A DNA stretch of 64,000 nt, from assembly GCA_965221775.1 (NCBI GenBank), contig CBDCSU010000006.1:736001-800000 (forward strand), read 5' to 3'. The stretch is from Candidatus Latescibacterota bacterium (lineage in GTDB: Bacteria > Latescibacterota > UBA2968 > UBA8231). How positions within the stretch are numbered: position 1 is the stretch's first letter; each line of letters opens with the position of its first letter. The notes beneath the pieces were generated by a model that saw only the letters and a list, made by a program, of their open reading frames with translations, searched no databases and had not been told where the DNA came from. This document shows positions 10,343 through 19,398 of this stretch, piece by piece. The translations under genes and the position numbers were made by a program.

Positions 10343-10378
10343 AGATCGGCTGACAGCAAACTTGGCGAGCTGATCTCC

Positions 10379-11200
10379 ATGCCCTTCACCGACGCCCAGA
10401 TCGAGCACTACAAGACCCACGGCTACGTGGCCGGTCCGCGCGTGCTCTCCGACGAGCAGATCGAGGAGCTGAAGGAGCGCATCGAGGACATCCTCCACGG
10501 GCGCGTGCCCTTCCCCAAACACCTGATGGGCGAGACCGTGGAGCAGTCCCGGGCCAAGGGACAACTCCCCTCGGTGAAGGTGGTCAACATCTTCCGCCGC
10601 GACCCCCTTTTCGCCGCCCTCGTCGGCAACGCGGCCATCAGCGCCCTGGCGCATCAGCTAATGCCCGGACCGGTACGCATGTGGGAGGACCAGATGATCT
10701 ACAAGCCTCCCCACGACGAGGAGACGGCCCTCGCCTGGCACCAGGACTACACCTTCTGGGACCACGTGGGGCCGGCCGACCTGGGCACCTGCTGGATCGC
10801 CCTCGACGACGCCACCGTCGACAACGGCTGCATGCACGTCATCCCCGGCAGCCACCTGTGGCCCATGCGCTACGACCGCGAGGACGCCGTCGTCGACGAC
10901 CCCCACTGGCTGCTGCGCCAGGAGGGGATCCCCGCTGGCGCCGACCTCACCCCCGTGCCCTGCGAGGTCCCGGCCGGGCACTGCCACTTCCACCACTGCC
11001 AGACCTTCCACGGCTCCTACGGCAACAGCACCGCCAACCCCCGCCGCAGCTACATCATGCACCTCATGCCCGGCCACACCCGGCGCCTAGGTGACAACTG
11101 GAACGAGCGGATGGGGAACGTGGAGACGGTGGGGGTGGGGGAGGTGCTGCAGGGGGAGGAGTATCCGGAGTTGGTCTTTCGGCCAGACCCCAAGGGGTAG
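10379..11200 (+). CDS. Phytanoyl-CoA dioxygenase (PhyH) family protein
   Basis: AWHQDY, WIALDDATVDNGCMHVIPGSH, FHGS...RR. Confidence 0.92.
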   Translation: MPFTDAQIEHYKTHGYVAGPRVLSDEQIEELKERIEDILHGRVPFPKHLMGETVEQSRAKGQLPSVKVVNIFRRDPLFAALVGNAAISALAHQLMPGPVRMWEDQMIYKPPHDEETALAWHQDYTFWDHVGPADLGTCWIALDDATVDNGCMHVIPGSHLWPMRYDREDAVVDDPHWLLRQEGIPAGADLTPVPCEVPAGHCHFHHCQTFHGSYGNSTANPRRSYIMHLMPGHTRRLGDNWNERMGNVETVGVGEVLQGEEYPELVFRPDPKG

Positions 11201-11487
11201 AAGCCTTCGCCGGGTGAGTCCCCGTTCTCACCCACCTGGATCTCGGCAGTCTACCGAAGGAATCCGCACGTCGTCCGCACACAGGCGCCCTCGGGATGGA
11301 GTCGAACAGCCTCCGGGGCGTACGAACGCCCCGAGACCGACGGACTCGCAGGGTCCCTGGAGCACTCCAGGATTCCAGACGACGACTACGCCCATGGGCG
11401 CCCCGGCAGGGGTCGGTGCTTCCGTGTCCGTGAGAGAGGCGGCGCTCGGGATCTGAATTGTAGAGGTCGCTTTTCCAACTTCTGGCC

Positions 11488-11516
11488 TTGCTTTTTCATA
11501 TCGCATGTTCTAAATT
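11488..11516 (+). promoter_or_regulatory. Putative sigma-70 promoter of the CBASS operon
   Basis: TTGCTT (11488-11493), 17-nt spacer, TAAATT (11511-11516). Confidence 0.5.
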
Positions 11517-11678
11517 CGCTCACGCCCTCTCCCCGGACCAAGGCATCCTCGGCAGCCAGAAGCAAATAGGGGCCCCAGCCGTGGGCAACAAAGTCCTCAC
11601 AGTGAGACCGAACGCCGGATATCTGTCTCCCCCCATGACCTCACCCTCCCCCTTGACTGACTCTAGGGAGATCTGCCC

Positions 11679-12914
11679 ATGCCGGTGAGCAAGGAGGTAT
11701 TGGCGGGACGACTCCGGGCTGCCCGTGAGGCCTGCCAGATGAAGCAGGAGGATGCGGCGAACCATCTCGGGGTGTCCCGATCCACAATTGTACAAATGGA
11801 GCTCGGCAACCGCGCCGTCACAAGCCTCGAGCTCGATGGACTCGCCTTCCTCTATGGACGCGACATCCGCGAGTTCGTCGCCGACGAGTTCCGCTCGGAA
11901 GATGTCCTATTGGCTCTCTTTCGCCGACATCCAGAGGTGTCCGAACACAGCGAACTGCAGGCAGTGCTCCAACAGGCTATGGCGCTTGGCAGAGAGATCA
12001 CGTCTCTAGAACGCCTCCTCGGGGTCGAGCGAGACCCTTCTGCGCTGCCTGTCTACCAGCACCAGCCGCCTCAGACCAAGTGGGAGGCGGTACAGCAAGG
12101 AGAACGAATCGCCGGAGAAGAGCGCCGCCGCATTGGTCTAGGCAACTCACCACTCCAGAACGTGGCGGAGGTGCTCGATGGCCAAGGCGTCCGCACGGCA
12201 CAGCTTGGCCTTCCTGAAGACGTTTCGGGACTCACGCTCTTTGACCTGGAAGCCGGCGCATTTGTCGTCGTCAACAACGCCCTGCCTAGCCACAGCCGCG
12301 TACGCCGGCGTTTCTCCTGCGCGCATGAGTACTGCCATGTGCTCCTCGACCGTGACCAGAAGGGAACCATCAGCCGGGCGAGTGAGCGCCACAGCCTCAT
12401 GGAAGTGCGTGCCAACGCCTTTGCCGCAGGTTTCTTGATGCCCAGGACCGGGATTGAGGAGTTCCTTGCCCGCATGGGCAAGGGATGGGTAATCCGCCAG
12501 GCGGAGGTGTACGACGAAGGAGAGCCTCAGCGGGTTCAGGTCCGTCCCGGAAGTCAAGCGATCCAGATGCACGACTTGGTGCTCCTGGCACACTATCTCG
12601 GGGTGAGCCGGATCGCCGCACTCTACCGCCTGAAGAACCTCCGATTTCTGACCGAGCCCGAACTGGAGAGGCTTAAGGAGCAGGAAGACACTGGGATGGG
12701 TAAGGCCCTCCAGGATCTCCTTGATCTTCCTGAGTTCGACGACGAGGATGCTCGCAACGAGTCTAGCCGTCGGTTCGTAGCCCTTGCCCTCGACGCTCTA
12801 CGCCGTGAAGAAATCACACGCGCTAAGTTCGAGGAACTGGCACGGATGGTGAATATCGCTACTGAGAGGCTTGACAACCTTCTCGCCCAAGTGGCTCCTC
12901 GGCATCACGAATGA
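11679..12914 (+). CDS. XRE-family HTH fused to ImmA/IrrE (Peptidase_M78) metallopeptidase
   Basis: N-terminal RLRAARE...QEDAANHLGVSRSTIVQMELG HTH; RRRFSCAHEYCH (HExxH) and EVRANAFAAGFLMP. Confidence 0.92.
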   Translation: MPVSKEVLAGRLRAAREACQMKQEDAANHLGVSRSTIVQMELGNRAVTSLELDGLAFLYGRDIREFVADEFRSEDVLLALFRRHPEVSEHSELQAVLQQAMALGREITSLERLLGVERDPSALPVYQHQPPQTKWEAVQQGERIAGEERRRIGLGNSPLQNVAEVLDGQGVRTAQLGLPEDVSGLTLFDLEAGAFVVVNNALPSHSRVRRRFSCAHEYCHVLLDRDQKGTISRASERHSLMEVRANAFAAGFLMPRTGIEEFLARMGKGWVIRQAEVYDEGEPQRVQVRPGSQAIQMHDLVLLAHYLGVSRIAALYRLKNLRFLTEPELERLKEQEDTGMGKALQDLLDLPEFDDEDARNESSRRFVALALDALRREEITRAKFEELARMVNIATERLDNLLAQVAPRHHE

Positions 12915-13432
12915 CGAATGCCATGACCTCTACCCCGCCCAGTGAGGATCCTGGGATCCACAAGAGGACCACTGTGATTCTCGACCCCGCTCTAGCCCTC
13001 CATCTGGCCGATGCCGGACAACTCAGCCAACTCGGCTCGATAGCAGGTTGGGAATTTGCAGTGCCATCTCAGTTGGTCCAAGAGATGGGGAACAAAGTTG
13101 GCGCCAGCGCGATTGAGGCCGCGGTCCAAGCCGGCGACCTGCGTAGTGAGTTGAGCACCGAGGTCCGAGAACTCGGCTTCTATGCGGAATTCAGACAACG
13201 CATGGGGCAGGCTGAGGCCACTTGCCTAGCGATGGCCCAAGCTCGAGGGTGGAGTCTTGCTTCCGGCGACCATGGTCAGGCCTTTCGTCGAATTGTCCAG
13301 GATCAGCTTGGCTCTGACCGGCTTATTGATGGCAAGACCATCAGAGATCTCGCGTGTCGGTCAAGAATCGCCACTGGCACGGAGCTTCAAGTCCAACAGA
13401 ACGCTGAGAAGAGGGTGGGATCGCAACCGTGA
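12911..13432 (+). CDS. PIN-like (DUF3368-type) protein
   Basis: VILD...VPSQLVQE...GQAEATCLAMA...LASGD pattern of PIN-fold acidic residues; ATGA overlap with the peptidase gene. Confidence 0.6.
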   Translation: MTNAMTSTPPSEDPGIHKRTTVILDPALALHLADAGQLSQLGSIAGWEFAVPSQLVQEMGNKVGASAIEAAVQAGDLRSELSTEVRELGFYAEFRQRMGQAEATCLAMAQARGWSLASGDHGQAFRRIVQDQLGSDRLIDGKTIRDLACRSRIATGTELQVQQNAEKRVGSQP

Positions 13433-14610
13433 GTCCAAGAAGGGAGCTGAAGCAAGTCGGCGCACTCTTCAAACCATGGGGGCGAGAAGTCCCCACGAAG
13501 ACCCGTGTGTTCCTGTTTGTACGTGCTGCAGGGAGGTGCCAATTCGATGGCTGCAATCGCTACCTCCTCGAACACCATCTCACGCACGCCGATGGCATCT
13601 TCGCTCAGATGGCGCACATCTGCGCGTTCAGCAAGCGAGGTCCGCGCGGTCGGCAAGGTGGGCAGGCCGTACATGACGTCTCGAACCTCATACTCCTGTG
13701 CGCGGAATGTCATAAGTTGGTGGACGATCACCCGGAGGAATACACGACAGACGTGCTCAGGAAGCACAAACTAGCTCACGAGAACCGGGTCTTCATGCTC
13801 ACCGGCACCCAGCCTGATCGCCACACAGTTGCGCTCGTCCTGTTGGCCCGAATTGCTGGGAGAACGGTGTCTGTCTCCCTACCTGAGATGCAACAGGCTG
13901 TTGCTCCTCGCTACATCGGGGCCCAGGATGTGATTACGGTCGATCTCACCGCGATTCCGGACCATCCCTCGTCGGAATACTGGAAGTCGACAGCTAGCGC
14001 CATCCAAGCCAAAGTCCAGCTCCTGTACGAACAGACCTTCGAGCGCGGTCCCATCCGCCATCTGTCTGTCTTCGCCTTGGGTGCCATCCCGCTTCTCGTG
14101 CATCTCGGAGCCTGCCTCAGCGACAAAGTACCCCTTACTCTCTATCAGCGGCATCGAGATGCCGATGACTGGAAGTGGAAGGAAGTGGGCGAGACCGTGA
14201 GTTACGAATTCAGGACCCTTCAGCGGGGGTCCTGCTCCACCTCGGTGGCCCTCTTGCTCTCCCTTAGCGGCCGGATCCAGCCTGATGATTTGCCAGCAGT
14301 GATCGACGCCAGCTTCACTACCTACGAGATCACGCTTGCCAGCGTTGAGCCGACGCCCAACTTCCTAGACCTTGAGGCATCCCTTCAAGCATTTCAGGAG
14401 GTCTTCATGAGCAGCGTGCGCCACTTGGTGGCATGCCATCCAGAACTTCAAACAATCCACTTGTTTCCCGCCGTTCCTGCGCCAGTAGCAATCTCAGTCG
14501 GTCGTGATCTCATGCCCAAACGAGACCCTGGGGTGCTCGTCTACGACTACGATAGGCGTGTAGGCGGCTTCACACCAACCTTGGAGGTTAACTACCATGG
14601 AAGCGAATGA
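13429..14610 (+). CDS. CBASS effector, HNH endonuclease-SAVED (Cap5-like)
   Basis: GRCQFDGC, AHI...GPR, NLILLCAECHKLVD (HNH with Zn ligands); SAVED motifs VFALGAIPLLVHLG, YQRHR, WKW, IHLFPAVPAPVAISVGR. Confidence 0.92.
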   Translation: MSPRRELKQVGALFKPWGREVPTKTRVFLFVRAAGRCQFDGCNRYLLEHHLTHADGIFAQMAHICAFSKRGPRGRQGGQAVHDVSNLILLCAECHKLVDDHPEEYTTDVLRKHKLAHENRVFMLTGTQPDRHTVALVLLARIAGRTVSVSLPEMQQAVAPRYIGAQDVITVDLTAIPDHPSSEYWKSTASAIQAKVQLLYEQTFERGPIRHLSVFALGAIPLLVHLGACLSDKVPLTLYQRHRDADDWKWKEVGETVSYEFRTLQRGSCSTSVALLLSLSGRIQPDDLPAVIDASFTTYEITLASVEPTPNFLDLEASLQAFQEVFMSSVRHLVACHPELQTIHLFPAVPAPVAISVGRDLMPKRDPGVLVYDYDRRVGGFTPTLEVNYHGSE

Positions 14611-15511
14611 CTACCTCGAAGCGATCCTGGCCCTACAAACTCTGAAAGAGGGTGGTCCAGAACTCGCCGATCTCAGAAAATGCCGCAAGGATATCGAGGC
14701 TACTCTGCGAGGTCACTTCTCAAGGCCTACTCCCTCGATCCGCTGGGGAGGGTCCGTGGCCAAGCGCACGATAATAAGGGATGCCTATGACGGGGATATG
14801 ACCTGCTACTTCCCGCATGAGGTCGAGTCCGGTAGCACTCTGGAGGAGATATACGACGACGTCGACCAGGCCCTCCGCGAGGAATACGAAGTCGAACGGA
14901 AAGGTTCTGCCCTGCGGGTCAAGGACCCTTCTATGAAGGAGGCCACCGGCTTCGCTCAAGACCTTCATATCGATGTGGTGCCCGGACGATTCACGAGCGA
15001 GGAGGAGGACGATGTCTTCCTACACCGCACCACTGGAGACAAGCAGAGACTGAAGACCAACCTGCAAGTTCATATCGATCACATCAAGGATAGCGGCGTC
15101 ACATCCGCAATTCGCTTGATGAAGCTCTGGAACGTCCGCAATCAAGTCGCCGCCAAGACCTTTGTCCTAGAGCTTCTCGTGGTCAAGCTGCTGAAGCAGA
15201 AGAGGGTCGAAGACCTTGCGACCCAGCTTCGACATGTTTGGACGGAGTTCCGCGACAGAGCCGACGATCTCGCTGTGGAGGACCCCGCTAACCCGACCGG
15301 CAACGACTTGACGCCGGTCTTGGACGAAGTGCGCCAGCGGCTGTCGAGCGTAGCGGAAACGACGCTCTACCTTCTTGAGAGTGCTGGGTGGGAGTCAGTC
15401 TATGGGCCCATAGATGACGACGATGAAGACGCCGAAGGGCGCAAGTCGGCGCTCAAGGCTGCGGCCTTGAATGTCAGGAGTCCCACGAAGCCCTGGCTGC
15501 CTGATGCATGA
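14597..15511 (+). CDS. CBASS cyclic oligonucleotide synthase (CD-NTase/SMODS)
   Basis: GGSVAKRT...YDGD (GS + DxD), IDVVPG, IRLMKLW, FVLELL, EDPANPTGNDL; adjacent to SAVED effector. Confidence 0.9.
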   Translation: MEANDYLEAILALQTLKEGGPELADLRKCRKDIEATLRGHFSRPTPSIRWGGSVAKRTIIRDAYDGDMTCYFPHEVESGSTLEEIYDDVDQALREEYEVERKGSALRVKDPSMKEATGFAQDLHIDVVPGRFTSEEEDDVFLHRTTGDKQRLKTNLQVHIDHIKDSGVTSAIRLMKLWNVRNQVAAKTFVLELLVVKLLKQKRVEDLATQLRHVWTEFRDRADDLAVEDPANPTGNDLTPVLDEVRQRLSSVAETTLYLLESAGWESVYGPIDDDDEDAEGRKSALKAAALNVRSPTKPWLPDA

Positions 15512-16179
15512 CTGCATGGCATCAGCGAAACCCAGAGATGGTCGAGGAAATCCGGGCTGGCCTTCGTAGAGGCTACCCGAACCTTCACCTCTTTCTCGAG
15601 CCTGACCACAGCAGCGAGGTCCGAGGTACGTACCCCGTACTCTCACCTGTTGGCCGCGTACTAGATCGCTACCAAGTGTCAATCCAGTTACCAGTAGGCT
15701 TTCCGAGGAGCCTGCCCGTAGTCCGTGAGACCGGAGGCAGAATCCCATGGAAACCCGACTATCACGTCAACGCTAACGGCACAGCGTGTGTACTACTTCC
15801 AGATGACCGCTGGCGGTGCTTCCCAGAGACCGCACCATTCGTCCAATTTCTCGATGGACCCGTGCACGACTACTTCCTCGGGCAGAGTCTGGTCGCTGTG
15901 GGGGAGGACTGGCCCTTCGGCCAATGGAGTCATGGGCGAAAGGGCATAGCTGAGTACTACAGATGGTTGTTTGACGCAGACGATCCTTCCACAGTCGTGG
16001 GATTCCTAAAGATTCTTGCGAAGCTCAACTTGAAGCAGCACTTGCCTTGCCCTTGCGGAAGCGGCCAGAAGATCCGCAAGTGCTGCCGGGCACGCATTGG
16101 TGATCTCCGCAGTAAGATCCACCCCACCGTTGCACGTAAGGCGTTGCGGAACCTCCAGTCGAGTCCCTCTATCAACTGA
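15508..16179 (+). CDS. Prokaryotic E2-like (ubiquitin-conjugating fold) protein with C-terminal SEC-C motif; type II (short) CBASS accessory
   Basis: FPRSLPVVRETGGRIP...HVNANGTAC (E2 His/Cys site), WPFGQWSHG, CPCGSGQKIRKCC. Confidence 0.85.
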   Translation: MTAWHQRNPEMVEEIRAGLRRGYPNLHLFLEPDHSSEVRGTYPVLSPVGRVLDRYQVSIQLPVGFPRSLPVVRETGGRIPWKPDYHVNANGTACVLLPDDRWRCFPETAPFVQFLDGPVHDYFLGQSLVAVGEDWPFGQWSHGRKGIAEYYRWLFDADDPSTVVGFLKILAKLNLKQHLPCPCGSGQKIRKCCRARIGDLRSKIHPTVARKALRNLQSSPSIN

Positions 16180-16331
16180 ACTCAGGGCTGTGGAACTGTG
16201 TCATACTATCAGGCGAGAGTCGTGATACGCCAGACTCTCTCTAGTGGAGGACCAGAAACGTGTTGCTTGGGCAGGCCGGGTGGATCACTTGGAGGCCGCG
16301 AGATCACTGCCCCCTTGACTGGTCACTCCCC

Positions 16332-16982
16332 TCACACCCGCTCCCCCCGCGGCTCCGCCTTCCCATGAGTGTGATCCCACAGGTGTCCCCGCCGCCCCTC
16401 CCCTTCCATGGTGGTCTCGAAGTAGACGGCCCGCACCGGCTCATGCACCATCGGGAAGTCGTGGTGGTGCCCCATGCCGGTGGCCACGCAGTCGCCTGAG
16501 GCGACCTCGTAACTCTTCCCCTCCGAGACGGCGACTCCGCGGCCGGCGAAGAGAATCCAGTACTCGTCGCAGTCGTGGAAGTGGCAGTCGAAGGTGGTCC
16601 GCTTCTCGTAGGCGACCGGATCCCCCCGGTCGACGCGGTCGCTGTCGGCTGCCTCCGCCACCGAGAACAACCCCGAGCCGCCGACCTCGTCGCCCCAGTG
16701 GCCGGCCATGCGGATCAGGGTGGCGTCCTCGGCGACCTCGAGGATGCTGAACCCGCCCTCCTGCTCACCTGCCGGCAGGTCGATGTTGGCTCCCTCGCCG
16801 GCGGCCAGCTCCCGGCCGGCCGCGGAGACGGTGCAGGCTCCCTCTCCGACGATCAGTTTCTCCCTGGGGCCGGCGCGGCCGAAGTCGTAAGGGGCGGCTC
16901 CTGCTGTCAGGCGGACGATGTCGAACTGGCGCATTTCGCACCAGGGGGGCGCCTGGCCGGGTCCCGCGTGAAAGACCGGCAT
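16332..16982 (-). CDS. Cupin-domain protein
   Basis: CHFHDCDEYW and GHHHDF cupin metal-binding motifs; AGGAAGGA RBS. Confidence 0.8.
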   Translation of the reverse strand: MPVFHAGPGQAPPWCEMRQFDIVRLTAGAAPYDFGRAGPREKLIVGEGACTVSAAGRELAAGEGANIDLPAGEQEGGFSILEVAEDATLIRMAGHWGDEVGGSGLFSVAEAADSDRVDRGDPVAYEKRTTFDCHFHDCDEYWILFAGRGVAVSEGKSYEVASGDCVATGMGHHHDFPMVHEPVRAVYFETTMEGEGRRGHLWDHTHGKAEPRGERV

Positions 16983-17002
16983 GACTTTCCTTCCTCTCTT
17001 CG

Positions 17003-17030
17003 TGAACCTGGGTTCGATTCCCGGATCTAC
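17003..17030 (+). promoter_or_regulatory. Putative ECF-type autoregulatory promoter (leaderless transcript)
   Basis: TGAACC, 16-nt spacer, ATCTAC ending 5 nt before GTG 17036. Confidence 0.45.
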
Positions 17031-17035
17031 AGGGT

Positions 17036-18184
17036 GTGAGTGATGGGGTGATTTCAGACCAGGAACTCGTCGCCGGGTGCAGGCAGGGAAGCCAGGACGC
17101 CTTCCGCCGGCTCGTGGACAAGCACTGGGCGGGTGTGGTCAGGGCCGTGGCTCCTGTTCTCGGAGATACCGACGACGTCGAGGACGCCGCGCAGGAGGCG
17201 TTCATCCGGGCCTGCCGGCGCCTCGGCGAGCTGCAGGACCCGGACCGGCTCCCGGCCTGGCTCCACGCCATCGCCCGCAACGCCGCCCGGAAGATGCTGC
17301 GCCAGAGGCGGCTCGAGCAGCTGCGCCTGCCGGAATACGAACTGAGCCATGGTGCGCCCGACCCGGACCTCGGGACATCCCTCCAATACAGGGACCTGAA
17401 GGGCCTGGTGAACAGCCTGGCGCCGCCGGACCGGGCCGTGGTCACCCTGTTCTACCTGGCCGGGATGGAGCTCAACCGGATCGCGGAGCGGCTGCACATA
17501 CCCGCCGGCACCGCCAAGAGCCGGCTTCACAGATCGCGCCGACAGATGCGAGAAAGGATGCGGAACATGGCACCGAAGACCGAAGAGCGCACCGGCTCCC
17601 CCGAGAGCGCCCCCCGCGACGTCATCGGGGGGATGCGGGGCCTCATCAACTGGGAGGTGGTTCCCGTGGACGAGGGCCTCACCTCCTGGCAGCCCCCCGC
17701 GTGGTCCGACCGGGACGCCCTGGAGAAGACTTGGCGGATGGAGGGCCACGCCATCGTCGGCGAGAGCGGCGAGCCCGGCGAGGAGCCGCCGCCGCTGATC
17801 GCCGGCGAGCCGACCTGGACCGACTACGAGCTCTCCTTCCTGATGACGCCGATCTCAGGCGGGAACGCGCAGGTCGCCTTCCGCATCTCCGCGGACGAGC
17901 GCAGCTACTACCTGTTCGACTTCCTCCTCGGGTGGCAGGCCGTGGGCCTCTACCGGGTGATCGACGGCCGCCTCACCAAGCTCAGCGTGGTGAACCACGC
18001 CCTTCACCGGGGCCAGGAGTACGAGGTCCAGGTCGCCGCCCGGGGCGCCTCGCTCACTTCGTACGTCGACGGCAAGCTGGTCAACCAGCTCACCGACGAG
18101 ACCTTCCGCATGGGCGCCTTCGGCCTGATGGTGTGGGAGTGCAGCACCGCGTTCCGGGACGTGCGCTACCGGCTGCTGCACTGA
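17036..18184 (+). CDS. ECF sigma-70 factor with C-terminal DUF1080-like beta-sandwich domain
   Basis: Region 2 DAAQEAFIRA...AWLHAIARN, region 4 IAERLHIPAGTAKSRLHRSR; C-terminal WTDYELSF...YVDGKLV...G.FGL...FRDVRYR. Confidence 0.85.
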   Translation: MSDGVISDQELVAGCRQGSQDAFRRLVDKHWAGVVRAVAPVLGDTDDVEDAAQEAFIRACRRLGELQDPDRLPAWLHAIARNAARKMLRQRRLEQLRLPEYELSHGAPDPDLGTSLQYRDLKGLVNSLAPPDRAVVTLFYLAGMELNRIAERLHIPAGTAKSRLHRSRRQMRERMRNMAPKTEERTGSPESAPRDVIGGMRGLINWEVVPVDEGLTSWQPPAWSDRDALEKTWRMEGHAIVGESGEPGEEPPPLIAGEPTWTDYELSFLMTPISGGNAQVAFRISADERSYYLFDFLLGWQAVGLYRVIDGRLTKLSVVNHALHRGQEYEVQVAARGASLTSYVDGKLVNQLTDETFRMGAFGLMVWECSTAFRDVRYRLLH

Positions 18185-18197
18185 GCCGGGGAGCCGC

Positions 18198-19352
18198 TCA
18201 CGGCCACAGGTCCCCGCCGTGCAGCAGCTCGCTGAAGCGGACGAAGGGCACCACCTCGATGCCGTCGGCGGTCTGCAGGGACGGCCCCTCGGGGTAGACC
18301 ACGAGGCGCCGGCGCAGGCCCTTCAGGCGGCCGAGGGCGCGCAGGCCCCTGCACCAGCTCTCCGAGAAGCTCCTCCCGGCCTTCGCCTCCACGGCGACGA
18401 ACTCGCCCCCGCGCTGGAGCAGGAAGTCCACCTCCATCCCGGTCGACGCGGCACTGGCCCAGTAGAACCACCCGTCGCACACCCCGAGATAGTCCTTGGC
18501 GGCGCGAATGAGCTGGGCCACCAGCCCTTCGAAGAGGGGGCCGCGCTCTTCCGGGGCGGGGGGGCCGGCGGCGACTCCCTTCAGGGCGCGCACGATCCCG
18601 GGGTCGCACCAGTACCACTTGGGCAGGGAGCGCTCGCGCACGCGCACCTTCGCCTGGTAACCCGGCAGCCGGAAGCAGAGGAGGGTCTGCTCCAGGATCT
18701 CCAGGTAGCCGGTCACGGTGGTGCGGGCGACGCCGGCCTCGCGGGCGATGTTGGTGACATTGACCGTCTGGCCGTGGCAGAGGGCGGCGATGGGCAGGAA
18801 GCGGGCAAAGCCGGGCAGGTTGCGCACCAGGCCCTCGGCCTGGATCTCTTCGCGCAGGTACATCCGGGCGTACGCTTCGAGGGTTTCGTCCCTGGCCTCC
18901 GACGCCCAGACGATGGGCAGCAGGCCGTGGCGCATCGCCTCGTCGAGGTCGAAGGCAGCTCCCAGCTCGGGCGGGACGAAGGGGTGCATGGCCCGATACA
19001 GGGCGCGCCCGGCGAGCAGGTTGACCCCCGCCTGCCGGAGCTTCCGGGCGCTCGACCCGCACAGCACGAAGCGCTGCCCGCGCTCCTCGATGAAGCGGTG
19101 GACCTCGTTGAGGAGGCCGGGCAGGCGCTGCATCTCGTCGAGCACCACCCAGCGGTCCCCGTCGACGGCTCTCAGTTCGGCCTCGAAGAGGCCGGGGTCG
19201 GCCAGCAGCCGCTGGTAGGTCGCTTCGGAGAGGAGGTCGATCACGTGGGCGTCGGGGAAGGCCGTGCGCAGCCAGGTGCTCTTGCCGACGCCGCGGGGTC
19301 CCATCAGGAAGAAGCTCTGACGGGGTGCGCGGAGGATGCGGGGGAAGTCCAT
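18198..19352 (-). CDS. ATP-binding protein, AAA_14 + DUF4143
   Basis: GPRGVGKST, LDEMQR, LCGSSA, LLAGRA, KWYWCDPG, EVDF...VEAK. Confidence 0.92.
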   Translation of the reverse strand: MDFPRILRAPRQSFFLMGPRGVGKSTWLRTAFPDAHVIDLLSEATYQRLLADPGLFEAELRAVDGDRWVVLDEMQRLPGLLNEVHRFIEERGQRFVLCGSSARKLRQAGVNLLAGRALYRAMHPFVPPELGAAFDLDEAMRHGLLPIVWASEARDETLEAYARMYLREEIQAEGLVRNLPGFARFLPIAALCHGQTVNVTNIAREAGVARTTVTGYLEILEQTLLCFRLPGYQAKVRVRERSLPKWYWCDPGIVRALKGVAAGPPAPEERGPLFEGLVAQLIRAAKDYLGVCDGWFYWASAASTGMEVDFLLQRGGEFVAVEAKAGRSFSESWCRGLRALGRLKGLRRRLVVYPEGPSLQTADGIEVVPFVRFSELLHGGDLWP

Positions 19353-19355
19353 CGT

Positions 19356-19398
19356 CTATCTTGCCGTCATTTTTCGCGGCAAAATGACGGCAAGATAG
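19356..19398. repeat. Perfect 18-bp inverted repeat immediately upstream of the AAA_14/DUF4143 start
   Basis: CTATCTTGCCGTCATTTT-TCGCGGC-AAAATGACGGCAAGATAG. Confidence 0.9.

Larger units (their letters stand above)
11201..16331. mobile_element. Lower-GC defence island carrying a CBASS operon (no integrase visible; boundaries approximate)
   Basis: Abrupt drop in GC and relaxed codon bias between two host metabolic genes. Confidence 0.7.

Noticed and set aside
11228-11506. 92-aa minus-strand ORF upstream of the CBASS operon as a divergent CapH-like regulator
   Set aside because: No HTH pattern, no RBS and no coding bias; probably non-coding or decayed sequence.
17008-17024. CTGGGTTCGATTCCCGG resembles a tRNA T-arm (possible att remnant)
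   Set aside because: No D-arm, anticodon arm, acceptor stem or CCA; it is better explained as the spacer of an ECF promoter.
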